Shown here: positions 49,801 through 62,900 of the stretch, piece after piece
How positions within the stretch are numbered: position 1 is the first letter of the stretch
Layout of the letters: each line of letters opens with the position of its first letter
DNA from: Bugula neritina
Lineage: Eukaryota > Animalia > Bryozoa
Assembly (NCBI GenBank): GCA_964035545.1
Contig: OZ037771.1
Span: 4,928,990 to 4,992,989, forward strand
Length of the DNA: 64,000 nt
Direction: 5' to 3'
Notes under the pieces: generated by a model
Databases searched by the model: none
Told to the model about the DNA's origin: nothing
Seen by the model: the letters and a program-made list of their open reading frames with translations, nothing else
Position numbers and translations under genes: made by a program

Positions 49801-52800
49801 AAAATGCAGAGCGACAAGTGCGAATGTTTTCTCAACGCGCACAGTGGACACCTTTGCTACTTGTGATTTCAATTTTCGCATGCGAAAATACGCACTGTGT
49901 GGCCCTAGGCTAACTGCTTGAGCGTTATTGGTTGATGTTGTGCTCAGCAACCTTGAATACTAGCGTTATAGTTAGCACGTGCAGCATAGTTACTGGCGTT
50001 CACACGTGTCGCGTATTAGGCTCTTCTTTTTCATGGCTGAAAATTTTACCTCCCTCAAACTTGGAATTTTGAAAAGCTGTTTTCTAGGCACATATCCCTT
50101 TGCAAAGTCACAATTGTTTGCATACACATTAGATTATAGTTCATAATTATAATGTGATTGTAATAAAGTAAGATTGAGCAATCCTTTAAACCCAAAGATT
50201 AGCATACATATAATAGAGCATAGAGCACATGGCAGGGCAAATGGTTAGACAAAGAAGTTTAGCCTCTGGTCATACACTGTATAGCTTGTTAGGAATTCTC
50301 CAGCAATAATCACAAAACCAAACAATTATTTTGCAAGACAAAACAAACAGTAGCAGAGGTTTCCTGTGTTTAATATAAGATTTTATATCTTTTATTTTGA
50401 TTGTTTTTCAAAAGCTCACAATATCTATTTTCAAAATGTACATATAGTTGCTCTTGTTGAAAGATCCACTAGTTTTTGTGATTTAAATCTTGATAATTCA
50501 AAGTTGACTATAAGTAACCACAGTTATTTTCATTATTATAATTGATTAAATGCATACAAATAATTTTTTATTTTAAGTAAACTTTTTAAAAACTTCAACC
50601 CTATCGCATATGTATAACAGCAATAAAGTGAAATATAATTTCTAACCTCGAACTTTGTAACATTTAGCACACCAGTAGTCAATTCATGAATGCAACGTTT
50701 ATCACGTTGCAACATTTTGGCAAACCCACAGATAATATCATTTTATTATAAATATATGCATATATATACTCACGAACGAACACACGTATACATATAATAC
50801 AATGACGAACTGACCTAGAGTCATGTACATCACAGTAAGGTGAGGAGTAGCTGAAGGCTCTTTATCAGTAGTTATCTCCCTTGTTGACTGTACAGGTGTG
50901 ACCAACCTGACATCACCTGCAGTATGCTGTCTAGTTAAAAGCACCTTCTTACTCTGAGTGGTCATTTGTTGAAATGTCACTCTAATCTAAAAATAGAAAT
51001 TGATAGTGTTAATGAGCAAGTCTATTGTTACTATACTAAATTTAAGTTTTAACATAACAATGTAATGATAATTAAAGCACCATTTCATTTCAGTTTATAC
51101 CTATAATTTATATTTAGCGTTGAAAGAAGAAAGCATAGCTGCTTTTTCAATAATATGCACAAATTTTAATTTTACCAAACCGAGAAACTCAGTCAAAATG
51201 TAACTTAATGAACGACATTCAAGGCTCTACATAGTAAACAGGCCTGTAGCAAAGTTTAGTTCATAGAAATTTCATAAAAAATAAACTTTAAACTGGTAAA
51301 CATGCAATTAAACTACAAAATAGTGGCAGTTTAAAAGGAATGACTTACAAATGTGTTGAATACAACAATTGAACATAACAGTGATAATGGCAAAAGCCTG
51401 ATAACCAGCTCTTTATGTTAGTAATTGATCAATGGTAATGATCAAATATTATTTGTATCACCAGGTCCTTTTAAAGCTTGTTTGTATTGTGTCAGAATTT
51501 CCTAATCAAATATTTGAGGCGCCACATAACACCTATAGCAGTATTTACCTGCTACTGTGAAACCTAGTACTATTATAGCACTTGTATTGAAATTGAGACT
51601 AAGTTGTTTATTCTGATAGACTTCAGTCAAACTCTGAAGTGGGCATCTTAACCAGCAAGCAATACTTCAATTTGATTGTGTTTATTGTGATGAGAGAGAA
51701 CTAGGCAATAGGCTAAAATTGGCCTGTGGTGACAAGTGTCACACTGTGACAAGTGTCACACTGTTTTTGTTGTTCATTTCATATTATGATTTATTGGCTT
51801 TACATTAGCTTTAAATTATTCCAATTTGTTTGCATTTAATATCTATAGTTTTGCAATACTTTATCATCTAATATCTGTAAATTTTTGACACCAGAGGAAA
51901 ACAAAAAACAGGCCACTCAACATTGATAACCATAATTATATAAATATATGCTTTCCATCAGCTTTGGGAAAATAGTATTAAACTGATAGGACATGTTAAG
52001 CCAGATACTAGAACTGCAATAACAGAAGTAGCTGCATTATTTTCAACTTCATCAGATTTAGCAATTGTCATATTCAACAACAAAACACTTTATGTTAAAA
52101 AAATTGAACCAGTATGACCTCAGTTTTGAATTATTTACTAACATTTTATTAGCATGTTTAAACTACAACTAAATACAAATTAGAGCAAGCAACAAGGAGA
52201 ATAATGAGATTAGTTATAAGACTACAATGAGCATAATATACCCTCCAGATAAAACTAATAAAATATTGATGACCAATGAAATACTAGCAGACATCAACAG
52301 CTATGTAGGTCAACTCGGTTGAGCTACAATATCAGACATGTTTAAAATCTTACATTATGGCTGCTTGACTTATTACTAGAAAATGTCTTCTGCTAAACTT
52401 TTTTTATCAACCTCGATTTAGTTCTGCAAAAGTATAATGGAGATTTGGAAGAACATGCAAACAGACTTCGACCATCTAGTAGCGCACCAATAAATGCATC
52501 TTCATCCGTGTTCTTTGACAGTTTACCATGAGACTTAGCACCAGTAGCCACATGACAACTAAGAATGTTCGGGCTGCTAGATTTGCCCGTATTTATAGCA
52601 CCTCTAGCAGGTTGAACTCGGTCAACATCAATGAACTCTCCTTTGGGACTTTTAATATGTCGTTCAGCTAACAGTTTATTCAATTCATTTCTTCGAATTG
52701 ATGAATAAAAAGACAAGTTACCCATAGAATGGTGAAAATCTTGTTTAGCTGAGTTGGAGTGCTTTCCTAAAATGAAACCGCTGCTCTTTTCAGTTTCTTC

Positions 52801-55800
52801 GTTTGAACTTGAAAGATGTGCAGAACTCAAATCTGCATCTATAGCCTGTGGAACAGTCTGTGTGGAAACACACCCAGTAGAAGCATCATGTGTTTTTTTA
52901 CGGTCTTCACACAGAGTACTGCCCTTGATGTGTGAAGGCTTAGTTTTATTAAATTCAATTAAATTCTGACTTGGGGATTTGGCATCATGATGAGGGCTAC
53001 TACCACAAGCATCATCTGATGCAGAGCAATTGACTGAACGAGTAGCTACTTCTGGTGAAGAGACCCAACAGGTAGTTGATATTTTGGAACTAGTTTGTTG
53101 TGGCACATTATGGGAAACTTCTCCTATTTGTCCATTACAATTAATAATTTTCGCTTGTATATTATTGCTTTGAAAGTTGGCTTGTGAAGAGTGTCGTCCT
53201 GTACTGGAAGAGCGAAATGCTACAGGTGGTGGTCTAATATGATTCGGTGCTGAATATTCATCTTCTTTATAATGGTGTCTAGATAAGTGGGAGTTGAATG
53301 GAGTGGCAGCTGGCATATGTTTTACAGAGCTACTATGTGGCAAACTTGCAGCAAATTGCAAAGAAGTGCTACTCGAGTGTTTTTGAACTTGCGATCTTGT
53401 ATTTGAAGTTACACTAGATCTCAATGCAGAATCTTCAATATATAAAGGAGCATCTGAAACTAGAAGAAAATATAATTTGTAAATTTTACAGCTAATATTT
53501 TGCATTTTCACAGCAAACTAAAAATAAACTTTTACTTTTAGTAGCTTGATAGTAATCAAGGAACAAACGTAGCATACATACAATAACATCAGCTTGTACA
53601 AGATGTGGAGGCATTCAAGATCAGCTAAGAAAATTCAATCAGGAGTAATGTTAGTAGTAGTAATAGACTGACATAATTATTGCTCAGAAAAGGCAAAAGC
53701 TCTGAAATTAAAACACATCTTTACTTGTCTATTAAAATTATACTTACTATTAATTTGAAAAAAATAAGCGTGCATATGAATAACCTGATGAGCCAACTTA
53801 CCGTGATAGGAAGGAGAGGAGGTGGAAGCGTCTTCGGAAGGATGCTGATTTGAAGATGAACCCAGGCTATTATCGTAACGACTAGCCCTCACGTACATAG
53901 AAGAACTTCTAGTTGGCATATTAGTTCGAGGACGAAAGTTCGAAAGTTGTTTATGACTCGCCGCGGATCTGAACGAGCCGGAAGCCGGGTACAAATCGTC
54001 CGAGGCCAGCACGTCTCTCGTGTTTAACAACTCCATACCAAGCAAAACTCGTTTTATGAGACGCAGAATACGCAGTTCTCGGAGCTGCCTAGCCGAGTAG
54101 ACCTCCATTTCGACCGCTGACAAGGAGGGAAGCTGTGTGCGCGAGCATGACCCTCTTTAAATCGGCAACCCAACACCCTTGTCTCCAGTTATATATTGTT
54201 TGATTATAATAAATATTAGACTGCACACAGTAATGACTGTTCGTGATGAAAAGGTAGAAAGTGAGCAAGCAATTACATGGCCTCCTTAACATATACGGTG
54301 ACCGACTGCTTATAAAGAGAACAATGTGATGTAATGTTATTGATTATTGTATTATATTCATATTACAGGGAGTCAACTCTGTATTATGTGTTGTTGGCAA
54401 ATATATGAATGATACAGTGCTTACACTGAGGGAAACTTATACTCATTTGCATTACCATCAGCTGAACAATTGTTCAAACAGTGTAAAATAATTTAGGGCG
54501 GTTCTATAACAATTATTCAAATAATACTCTGTATGCATACATGTTTATAATAGCCTTGAAGTTTCATCCATTATTGCAGGCTCCAATAAAATAGTTAAAA
54601 AACGAACAAGATGAATATTCTAATCCTAAGTATGATGTAAGATAATTCAGTGCAAATTAAAAGAATAGGTAGAAAAAAATTACGATAAGATAACTCCTAA
54701 AACTTTGAAGATGCTACTCCGGTATTGCCTATGCGTTAACACAGCAGCTTTTTAAAACTTTTGCATATTATATTACAATGAAAACATGCAGTCAATAAAT
54801 GTAAAAATAGTGTGCATGGCTAACCGCTTTGTATAGTGCAGTAAACCGCTGGCATTTACACGAGTATGCAATGAGAAGACAAATCTGAATATATGAAAAA
54901 TGACAAAGAAGTTATCATCCCAAATAAGTTGTACAGTAAACAGTGTTGGAAAGAGCTAGCATGTAGTGACCTCAACTAGAGTTAGAAGAAAAACACTTCA
55001 CACATCCATTCAACATTATTTGTCGTAGTTTAATATAGTTAAATAACTAATTGTTATTGATGTCTTCAAATATAGAAAGTATGAGTTTTGCATTTACAGA
55101 AGGTAAATAAGTCATAGTATGAATCTCACAGAGTTAGATTCATACATTAAATTCACAACTGTGAAGCCAGTGAAGTGATTGCTCTGCTGTGCACTGTTGA
55201 TCAACAATAATAAGCAATGAGAAGACAACCACCACAAAGCTGCTGTAGCCTACTATATTTCACTATGAGAAGTATTAAAATAGATTTTAGTTGTCTATAT
55301 TATATTGTTTGTTCAACTTTGTATTGGCAGACCCTGGCAGAGGATAGATTAAAATAATCTAGAAAGAAATACCTGTCTGGGAGAAGAGAATGCAGATAGA
55401 GTATTGTTGATATTTTCCCACGTAGCTTCAGAGTCATTTATACGCATCAACCAATCACTGAGTCCTACATTAGCCTTGAAAGCCTCAGTTCCAGGGATAA
55501 CAGCAGCCACTCCAATATAAGTCTACAAGAATATAAAATATATTTAGAAATTTTTATTTAAACTTCAGTGTTTTTTATTAATTTATCCAGTAAAAGTCGG
55601 TAAACAAGTTATAAAATGGTGTAAAAATGTTGAGCAAAATCAAGATAAAAGCTGAATAAAATTTAGTATCAAAGAGTTACAAGCTTTAAACAATGAATAT
55701 ACACCAAAGAAAAAACATGAGAATAATGAAGTCATCAAGAGAGTGTATGAGACAAAGGGGGAAGTAGACAGTGTGAATGACAAAAACAGTGGTGGAGTAA

Positions 55801-56486
55801 CACAATCAACGCCGAGATTCGCTGGCTAGATCTAAACTGAAGTGATGCAAGTGATTGAGTAAAATAAAAGGCTCGGTAGAACTAAAAGTCAAGCAAAAAC
55901 CTGCCACCAATGAAGACATGGCAATGAAAGGTGTATAACAAGGAATATTGTTTTTAGACATCTTACTTTAGTCACTTTGCTGTAAGGCACCAGTTTAGTG
56001 AATTGAAATGGCACAATGCCAAACACTTTCTCGCACTCACTTAACCCTGGCTGGTCTCTAGTCTTCCCCATATCAACATGAAATAGAACTTCATAAATAT
56101 TTCCTACAATAAAGCATTATTTTATCTCAGCACCAAAACAACATATTTTTTTCTATTTACATCAAAAAAACATTTGTTAAAAATTGCTAGAAATTTAATG
56201 AGCGCAACAAGAATTGTATGTATATGAGAAAACAAGTAAAATGTTGATAATTTCCGCAATAGCTAAAATAGGCTACTAAAGTTTACCAATCCTTACAACA
56301 TATAAAACAATAACTACCAGGGTAAAATGGCATGTAACTCTAACAAAAAGCACCACTTTTTGATCTATCTGAATAAAATTAGTAGCCATACTGCGGGAAC
56401 TCACCTGTGGGAAGTAGTCGATCTGGTGCAGACTTTGTGTCATGATTTATTATATGGAAGACGTCTCCTTCGTTGCAGTCAGACAT
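40838..56486 (-). CDS. INTU: Inturned planar cell polarity / CPLANE ciliogenesis protein
   Basis: Exons (minus) 56486-56405, 56103-55967, 55522-55373, 50986-50815, 49010-48866, 48548-48381, 47833-47587, 47060-46998, 46744-46502, 45120-45071, 44589-44399, 44044-43931, 43354-43051, 41873-41684, 41431-41337, 40949-40838; phase-consistent. PDZ-like exon (VIPGTEAFK..DWLMRIND..TWENI) and motifs I recognise from INTU: [79 protein letters not shown]. The start codon is uncertain because the frame is open upstream of the ATG at 56486. Confidence 0.88.
42303..43022. repeat. 19-bp minisatellite GTATAGTATAACATGTACT, ~38 units, in an INTU intron
   Basis: Seen directly. Confidence 0.96.
43380..43510 (+). 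mobile_element. Degenerate tRNA-derived SINE-like fragment
   Basis: A-box-like TGGTCTAGGGGG and B-box-like GGGTTTAAACCC. Shares GGGAGCAGC-ATG-TCTAG and CCAGTCATAA with 63791-63895. Confidence 0.4.
44055..44330. repeat. ~21-bp degenerate minisatellite (AGTATAGATAGCATAGTATAA) in an INTU intron
   Basis: Seen directly. Confidence 0.85.
45157..46465. repeat. 16-18-bp minisatellite TATATATACTTACATACTCA-type, ~70-75 units, filling an INTU intron
   Basis: Seen directly; explains the spurious 421-aa ORF. Confidence 0.97.
49067..50185. mobile_element. TTAA-flanked non-autonomous TIR element (Kolobok-like) in an INTU intron
   Basis: TTAA|AGAATTGCTCTATCTT ... AAGATTGAGCAATCCT|TTAA. Confidence 0.65.
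49567..49910. mobile_element. Palindromic MITE with TAA TSD (PIF/Harbinger-like), nested in the TTAA element
   Basis: ~70-bp near-perfect TIR GCCTAGGGCCACACGGTGCGTATTTTCGCATGCGAAAATTGAAATCACAAGT...; TAA at 49564-49566 and 49911-49913. Confidence 0.85.
52393..54108 (-). CDS. Uncharacterised Ser-rich protein (~455 aa, 2 exons) nested on the same strand in INTU intron 3
   Basis: Exon 54108-53802 ends CAC G|gtaagt; exon 53453-52393 starts tttcag|AT GCT. The phase-1 join is in frame and gives 1368 nt ending in TAG. A stop-free stretch of over 1 kb is unlikely by chance in AT-rich DNA. No recognisable domain. Confidence 0.6.
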
Positions 56487-57499
56487 CTTGCTCAGCTTAT
56501 GGAGCTCGTCTTAACATAACCATAGAAATCAAAATAATTCATGAACTCAAGAGGGTTACCAATACAGCCCCCCCCCCAAATAACTTAAAAGTAAAGACTA
56601 CATAATCAGCAAACTAAAAACTTACATTCAACAAGGCAGCTTTAGATTTACACTTACATATGAATACATTTGACTGTACTAATTAAAGTACATTTTTGTA
56701 ACACAATACAAAATTGTACTTTAGTTTAAGTCTAATTGCAGCTATATAACAATTATGATTAATATACATTCAATCTATATTCATGACACATCTTAAAGGG
56801 TGACTTCCAGTTAAACTACTTCAAGTTGAATTTTAAAGTTGGTTCTACAGTTGCACTTTGATTTGTAATCATAAAAATTATAATGATGAAATTTTCAAGT
56901 AGGTTTGAAAATGATGCTATGTTATCAATAGTATTATGTGAGTAAGTGTGAGTATAATAATACTTATATTAGTACTAGTAGTAATATAATATATTACTGT
57001 TAGTAAACTAAAAGTAAATATTATTTACCATTAGTTTTACTAATACTAATAGTAATAGTAATAGTATTACTATTACTATTAGTAATAGTAAAGTAATACT
57101 ATTTCAATTTGTAATAGTATGACTAACAGTATTAGTAGTAGAACTATGTCTTAGTCACAGTCATATGCCATGGTGACACTGACATACTGATAGTGATACT
57201 GATACTCATACTCACAGTTACATAGTGATATATTGATAGTCACAAACAACTATCACTAAAACTATGAATATGACTATGACATTGAGTTTGACTATGTTTT
57301 ACTTTTAGACATAGTAAATAAGTAATACTAATACTTGTACTAATAGTAATAGTAACAGTAATACTAATACTAATACTAATAGTAATAGTAATACTAATAC
57401 TAATAGTAATACTAATACTAATAGTTATATTCATACTCTTGATATACGAATTATTTAAATACAAATTTAAACCGGCTAAAAAGCTTGAAGTGCAAAAAA

Positions 57500-58060
57500 A
57501 TAACAAGATCAAACAGTGTTTAGCTCAATTGGAAAAAATGTTAAAATTGTAATAAATCAAGAATTATTTTGCTGTTGTTAAAGACGCTCCCACTTTGATC
57601 TCTTCGACAATTCACGCTTATAGATTACACTGTTTCGAATGATCGGTTGTCCTTCACCTTCTCAGGCGCAATATCCTTTTTGGGCTAAAATTTTCATCTC
57701 AGAGGTATGTATGGATTTAGTTTCCTAAATATTTTACCTTTTTCGTCATTTCAAACTAAAAATTGTACCATGAAATATAATGAAACTGGAAGTTCAGTGC
57801 ATTTTATTGAATTTGGAGAAATATTGGTGGTGGATGCCATAACCGAAGAGAGATTTTCACCGATTATCGTAACTGCATTCATGTTTATAGTTTTTCTCTG
57901 AGCTACTAACCATCGTCTAACCCTAATTATCAACTTTCAAGCCTGGTGTTAGTTTAAGATTTCGTTTGTGAAGTTTTGAAAAGGTGCTGTAAGTTTATGT
58001 AGTGGATACAAATTCTATCCGAGCAACAGCAATAATCTGCGACCACTGCTTACCAAGCAG
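57500..58060. promoter_or_regulatory. Probable bidirectional promoter region between INTU and RPL35A
   Basis: Head-to-head genes ~2.1 kb apart. The segment is locally richer in CpG and has a + strand donor GCT|GTAAGT near 57988, a candidate non-coding first exon of RPL35A. TSS not determinable. Confidence 0.45.
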
Positions 58061-58587
58061 TTGGAGTTTCAGTTATAACTTATAACATTTACATTAACTA
58101 ATAACTTCAACTTGTAACACTAATAATTTAAATTAAAATGTGAATTTATAATTAAATAAGATTTATATTTGGAATGAGTATTATTGTAAGCAATAGTCAT
58201 TACTGATAACTAATAATTAACAATGAATATTCAATTTAACTTAGTTAATAGAGAAGTTTGAGTCTGCAAACAGCTAAGAGTTAATGTTGCATTACATGCC
58301 TATTGACTTTCAGTTTCAAAGTGAAGTTAAACCTGCAAATCATGGTTGTAATTTTAAAAAGCGTGTTACTCCCACTCACTTATGATTTCTCAATCAATTT
58401 ATCTACTTTCTGTGTTATACTTACAGCAGATACTTGTCATTGGGGTTGTCATACTCCTTGTGATTGTGTTTTGCTTTAAAGTCCTGATTTGCTCAATGCG
58501 AATATGAACATTCTCCTGTGCTACTGCTGTAGAATCAAATCAACTTTATGTTTTAGCCCTGCTATAAGTAACAAGCACCTCACAAAG

Positions 58588-59628
58588 ATGGCATCGGAAG
58601 ATACTACTCCACCTGTTGATAAAAAAACAGGTCAAAAGCCTGGAAGGTTTGTGGCTATATTAATATACTATCAAATGTAATCACTTATAGTTGTCTAATT
58701 ATCACTGTGTATTTGTTTATTGTGTTGTCTATTAACAAAGAGATGCTATTGTAGATTGTATGTAAAAGCCGTGTTTACTGGCTACAAGAGGGGGCTCCGA
58801 AACCAGCATGAAAACACCTCTTTGCTAAAGATCGAGGGAGTTAATGATAAAAAAGACACACGATTCTACATGGGGAAAAGATGTGCCTATGTTTACAAAG
58901 CTAAAAAGTGAGTTAGTGATATCTTTATTTACATTTGGTGTTTTTGTTGAACTTTCTGGGGTACTTGATAGGTTCTTCAGTGGCTTGTGTACATAGTCTC
59001 CTTTTCTATACAAGGATATTTAGCAGTGAAATTGCCATGTTAGCATTTGAGTTGTTTCTATAACAAACTACTCAACACCAGATTGGCTAGATGATTCGGG
59101 CGAATGACTACTATTCTGCTTTACTCTTTGTAAAGCAGTCGCTCAGTTAACCCAACATATTATCTGTTTTGATTCTTGTTGTGCATTATCAGTTTTTAAT
59201 TGCTTTAAAGTTGGATACAATTGCAGTTTTTGAATGTATACCTTGCTTTGAGTTATTTTAAAGATTTTAAAGCTAGGTACACAAAGTTGACTCCTCTAAA
59301 ACCCAATGATTGCATAACTAACATTTGAGGTAATTAGAGTAGTTAGGGTTATCTGGTTTTAGTTATTTTGCATGTTTTTAGAATTGTTGCATTATTTTCT
59401 GCCTATGGCTGATCATGTTCTATTATTGTACAGCATGTATTTCTTGATGCTTGCAGTCTGACAGCTTGTCCTGGACATGAAAAAAGGTCAAAATTGAGAG
59501 TTATATGGGGAAAAGTAACTAGACATCATGGAAATAATGGAGCTGTCAGGGCCAAGTTCTCCAGTAACCTGCCAGCTAATGCCATGGGCCGAAGAATACG
59601 CATCATGCTGTACCCATCTGGCATTTAA
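58588..59628 (+). CDS. RPL35A: 60S ribosomal protein L35a (eL33)
   Basis: Exons 58588-58646, 58755-58907, 59457-59628. Translation [31 protein letters not shown]...[13 protein letters not shown]...[50 protein letters not shown] at 59657. Confidence 0.97.
59032..59160 (+). ncRNA. Box H/ACA snoRNA in an RPL35A intron
   Basis: Hairpin 1 (GCCA/TGGC base; TTGAGT-GTTT/AAAC-ACTCAA upper stem), H box AGATGA at 59089-59094, hairpin 2 (perfect CTGCTTTAC/GTAAAGCAG stem with GGG..GACT/AGTT..CCC base), and ACA at 59155-59157, 3 nt from the predicted end. About 130 nt. Ribosomal-protein introns are typical snoRNA hosts. Confidence 0.72.
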
Positions 59629-59909
59629 TTCTTATGGTGTAGTTGTTATAATTACAAATAAAACTATTAAAATACATTTTCATTTTGGCTGTTATTCATT
59701 GAAATATTTATGCATATAAATTGAAAATACACATACAAAACATTCATCAAGCTTTTGTAAGCCATCTATACATAATTTTAAAGTTGTGTAAACATCCAAT
59801 TCCTCAGGATATTTCTATTTCAGTTCATTTCAGAGTGCTTCCTCTAGAATAATTCTTAACTTTATTCTAGTAATTGCATAATTTCTTCTTTAGTAAGTCA
59901 ATTCAGCAT

Positions 59910-62900
59910 TTATTTCCATTTCTTGGAAATCAAAGTGATCGCAGTAGAACCTGTAATACACAACTCATTTTGATTACTTGCTGAATTGTCACATGTGAGT
60001 AATAATAAATTATATCCAACCCTAATTTCAAAGATAGAAATTACATAACTGACTGTCGTCAACTAAATGGAATATACCTTTATAGAATAAATTTGCAATA
60101 ATTATAATAGTAAAATAAAATATTCAATGAAGCCGTTGGCTCAAGTTGGATGAATTATACAAATAAGCTCTAAATTCATCCACTTGCTAATCTTGCAACC
60201 CTTAATAAAGCCAGGGAAAGTCTATAAAACCCTGAAGTGAAGCTGTTGTCTTTAGAAGGGAGAAATATTTCACAGTTGATAGTTATTTTTGACATAAATA
60301 CTAGGTTGAACAATGTACAAAATTTACATGGCATGTCATTTACCAGTGTTCTTTTTCATGGACTTGGGAAGCATTAACTTTCCACTGCTTGTTGGATATT
60401 TTCCCTGATAAGATTGCCCATCAATTCCAGCTAGTAATGAGGCAAACTCCATTTTCATTTTTTCAAGTTGTCTTCTTTCTTTGGCGTTTTTCCTCAGCTG
60501 TTCATTGCTATTTTCATCAGACCTGTAGGTAAAAATAGAATGCTATAAAAGTTCCAACAGTCTTGTGCTGCATAACTATTTCAACCATTTTGCATACTAC
60601 AAGCAGCCCCTTACGTTATATATATTATATGCTCTGAGCACTATAGGAAAACTATAATAAACTACTTCAAAGTGTGTATCTATTCTCACCTTTCACCATC
60701 AGAAATGTCCAAATCTGCATCTTTAGCCATCTTTACAAACCAGTCATCGTGTCTCCTGGCCTTCTCAGTTCTGTGTATTGTAGTGTCTATACGCTGTGCA
60801 AGACTAACTATCGGCTTTAACTGCTTCAAGTCTTCTTGTACGACAGGAAATGGTGATAATGCATCATCTAGAATAATAGAAAATCTTATGCTAACAAACT
60901 CTCATGCAAAAGATATACAAGCATCATATTCTTGATGGGAACAGTTTTTCATTGTTGATTCAAGCATCATTTAGGGCTTTTCAGGGCCTTAAGACTACAA
61001 GTCAGGCATGTCATGAGCTATTATTAGATAGCTGCTTACAAAATATCACGAAATTACAATATCACAAATAACAAACCAACAATGTTTTGACAAACTCTGC
61101 AAAAGTAAATGAACAACCGCGTAACATGCAATCCAAACAACCCACAAAACTCAAGATAAAATTTACCTTTATGTAAGGATTTCAGAATTTTCTTATAGCC
61201 TTGTATATCTTTCTCATCCACAAACACGACACTAAGTCCATCTTTCAGGGCTCTTGCGGTACGCCCGCTCCTGTGAACGTAGCTCTCAGCTGTGCGAGGC
61301 ACTTGGTAGTGTATAACATGCTGCACATTCGGTATGTCTAAGCCTCTGGCAGCCACGTCAGTTGCCAGGAGAATTCCAGTTTCGCTAAAACATCCCATAA
61401 TCCATTAGACCACAATGGCAGAATTCATTAGACTCCAATGACGTTAAAATAGGCAAAACACATTCCCGCATCATCTTTATAGTTTGAATAGTGAACACAT
61501 ATATAGTAAGTTTATAAAATTCCACAAAATAGAACTTGTAGTTAGAAGTTGTCTTCTTTAACAAAACACTGTTGATTGTACTGATAACTCCAAAACACAT
61601 TTTAATTGATTATAACTTTCAGGGAACATCCACTGGAAGGTGCTTTTGACCAATAAGCGTACCTTGTGCTTTAAAATTGTACAGCCTAAACAGAAATTTG
61701 TACAGAACAGACCTTTTAAATTTACAGTCTTTCAAATAATCATATCAAAAAGACCTGCTGAAAATAGTAACAGTATTTGAAGAGAAGAGTTTATCAACAC
61801 CCAAACACGATTTATAGACATAAACTAAGTCAATGCTTCCAGATTCAGGAAACTTTACTACAGATTGGTTGGAACTAAAATACTGCGGCAAGCTATCCAT
61901 CTTATGCAGATATCTTGTTGTTGCTAGCCGTTATAATAATAAGTTAGTTAAAGTCGAGTGGAGTTATCAAACCATTCAGTATAAATTGAGAAATTAGCCG
62001 AGACTGAAACACAAACACCGCCATACCTCTGAGTAAACCGTTCTAGATTCTTCAGTCTCTGTTTCTGGTGCATGCTGGCGTGCAGAGGCAGCAGCGCCTT
62101 CTTGAGAAGAGAGAACACGGAGAGCAGACGGCGAATACAGTCTATAGAGTTGGTGAATATCAGGGTACGACCTTCGTGATTCTTTAGGAAGTAGTACAGG
62201 TAGAGGTCCTGTAACGTTACGCAATATCGTATTACCGTACGTTACTATACGGTCCAATGTAATAAATTATACATTATTATAGAAGGTCATGTGACACGAT
62301 GCAGCAAAATATACGCAATTACAGGCTATTACTATTATAAGACATAATATAAATCAAGGGTGGGCAACTTCATTTGCATGAGGGCTAAGTTCAGAAGTCA
62401 GCCAAAAGGAAGGGCCACATGATTGTACACACAATAAATTCTATTATAATAAATTAATTTGTCACCAAACCTACACTGTGCTAATCAGAATAACAATGAC
62501 AGTTTTTACTTATCTTAAGCATTAAAAGGGCCACTGAAAAATGGGCAAAAAGCCACAGGTGGCCCTGGGGCCTCCAGTAGCCCACAACTGATATAGAATA
62601 GATAATACCACAAATAAATTATTATCAAACACCACAAGTATTATAACACTTTACTATATAGCAACATCTAACCTTCTCAGACTGAGTACAGAAAATACAG
62701 CTTTCTACCAGACTACTGGCTGTTTGGGACTTCACTGTAACATCTATCACTTTGGGTCGTTTCAATATGCCAACAGTCTCAATCAGCTCATCTGGAAATA
62801 ATACACAATGGAATTTTATCACATAAAACATAAATACAAAACTTGAGATTTTTTCCATTTCCCGTTTCATTAAAAGCTCCAGACTTACTGATTTCACCTA

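Noticed and set aside
56794-56900. TTAA-AGGGTGACTTCC Kolobok-like left end
   Set aside because: No matching right TIR found in the window.
57160-57180. RFX X-box upstream of the ciliary gene INTU (GTCACCATGGCATA)
   Set aside because: The second half-site has two mismatches and it lies in a periodic low-complexity tract.
59300-59362. Second, C/D-box snoRNA in the RPL35A intron
   Set aside because: Terminal AAAACC/GGTTTT stem and a weak C box are present, but there is no CTGA D box.
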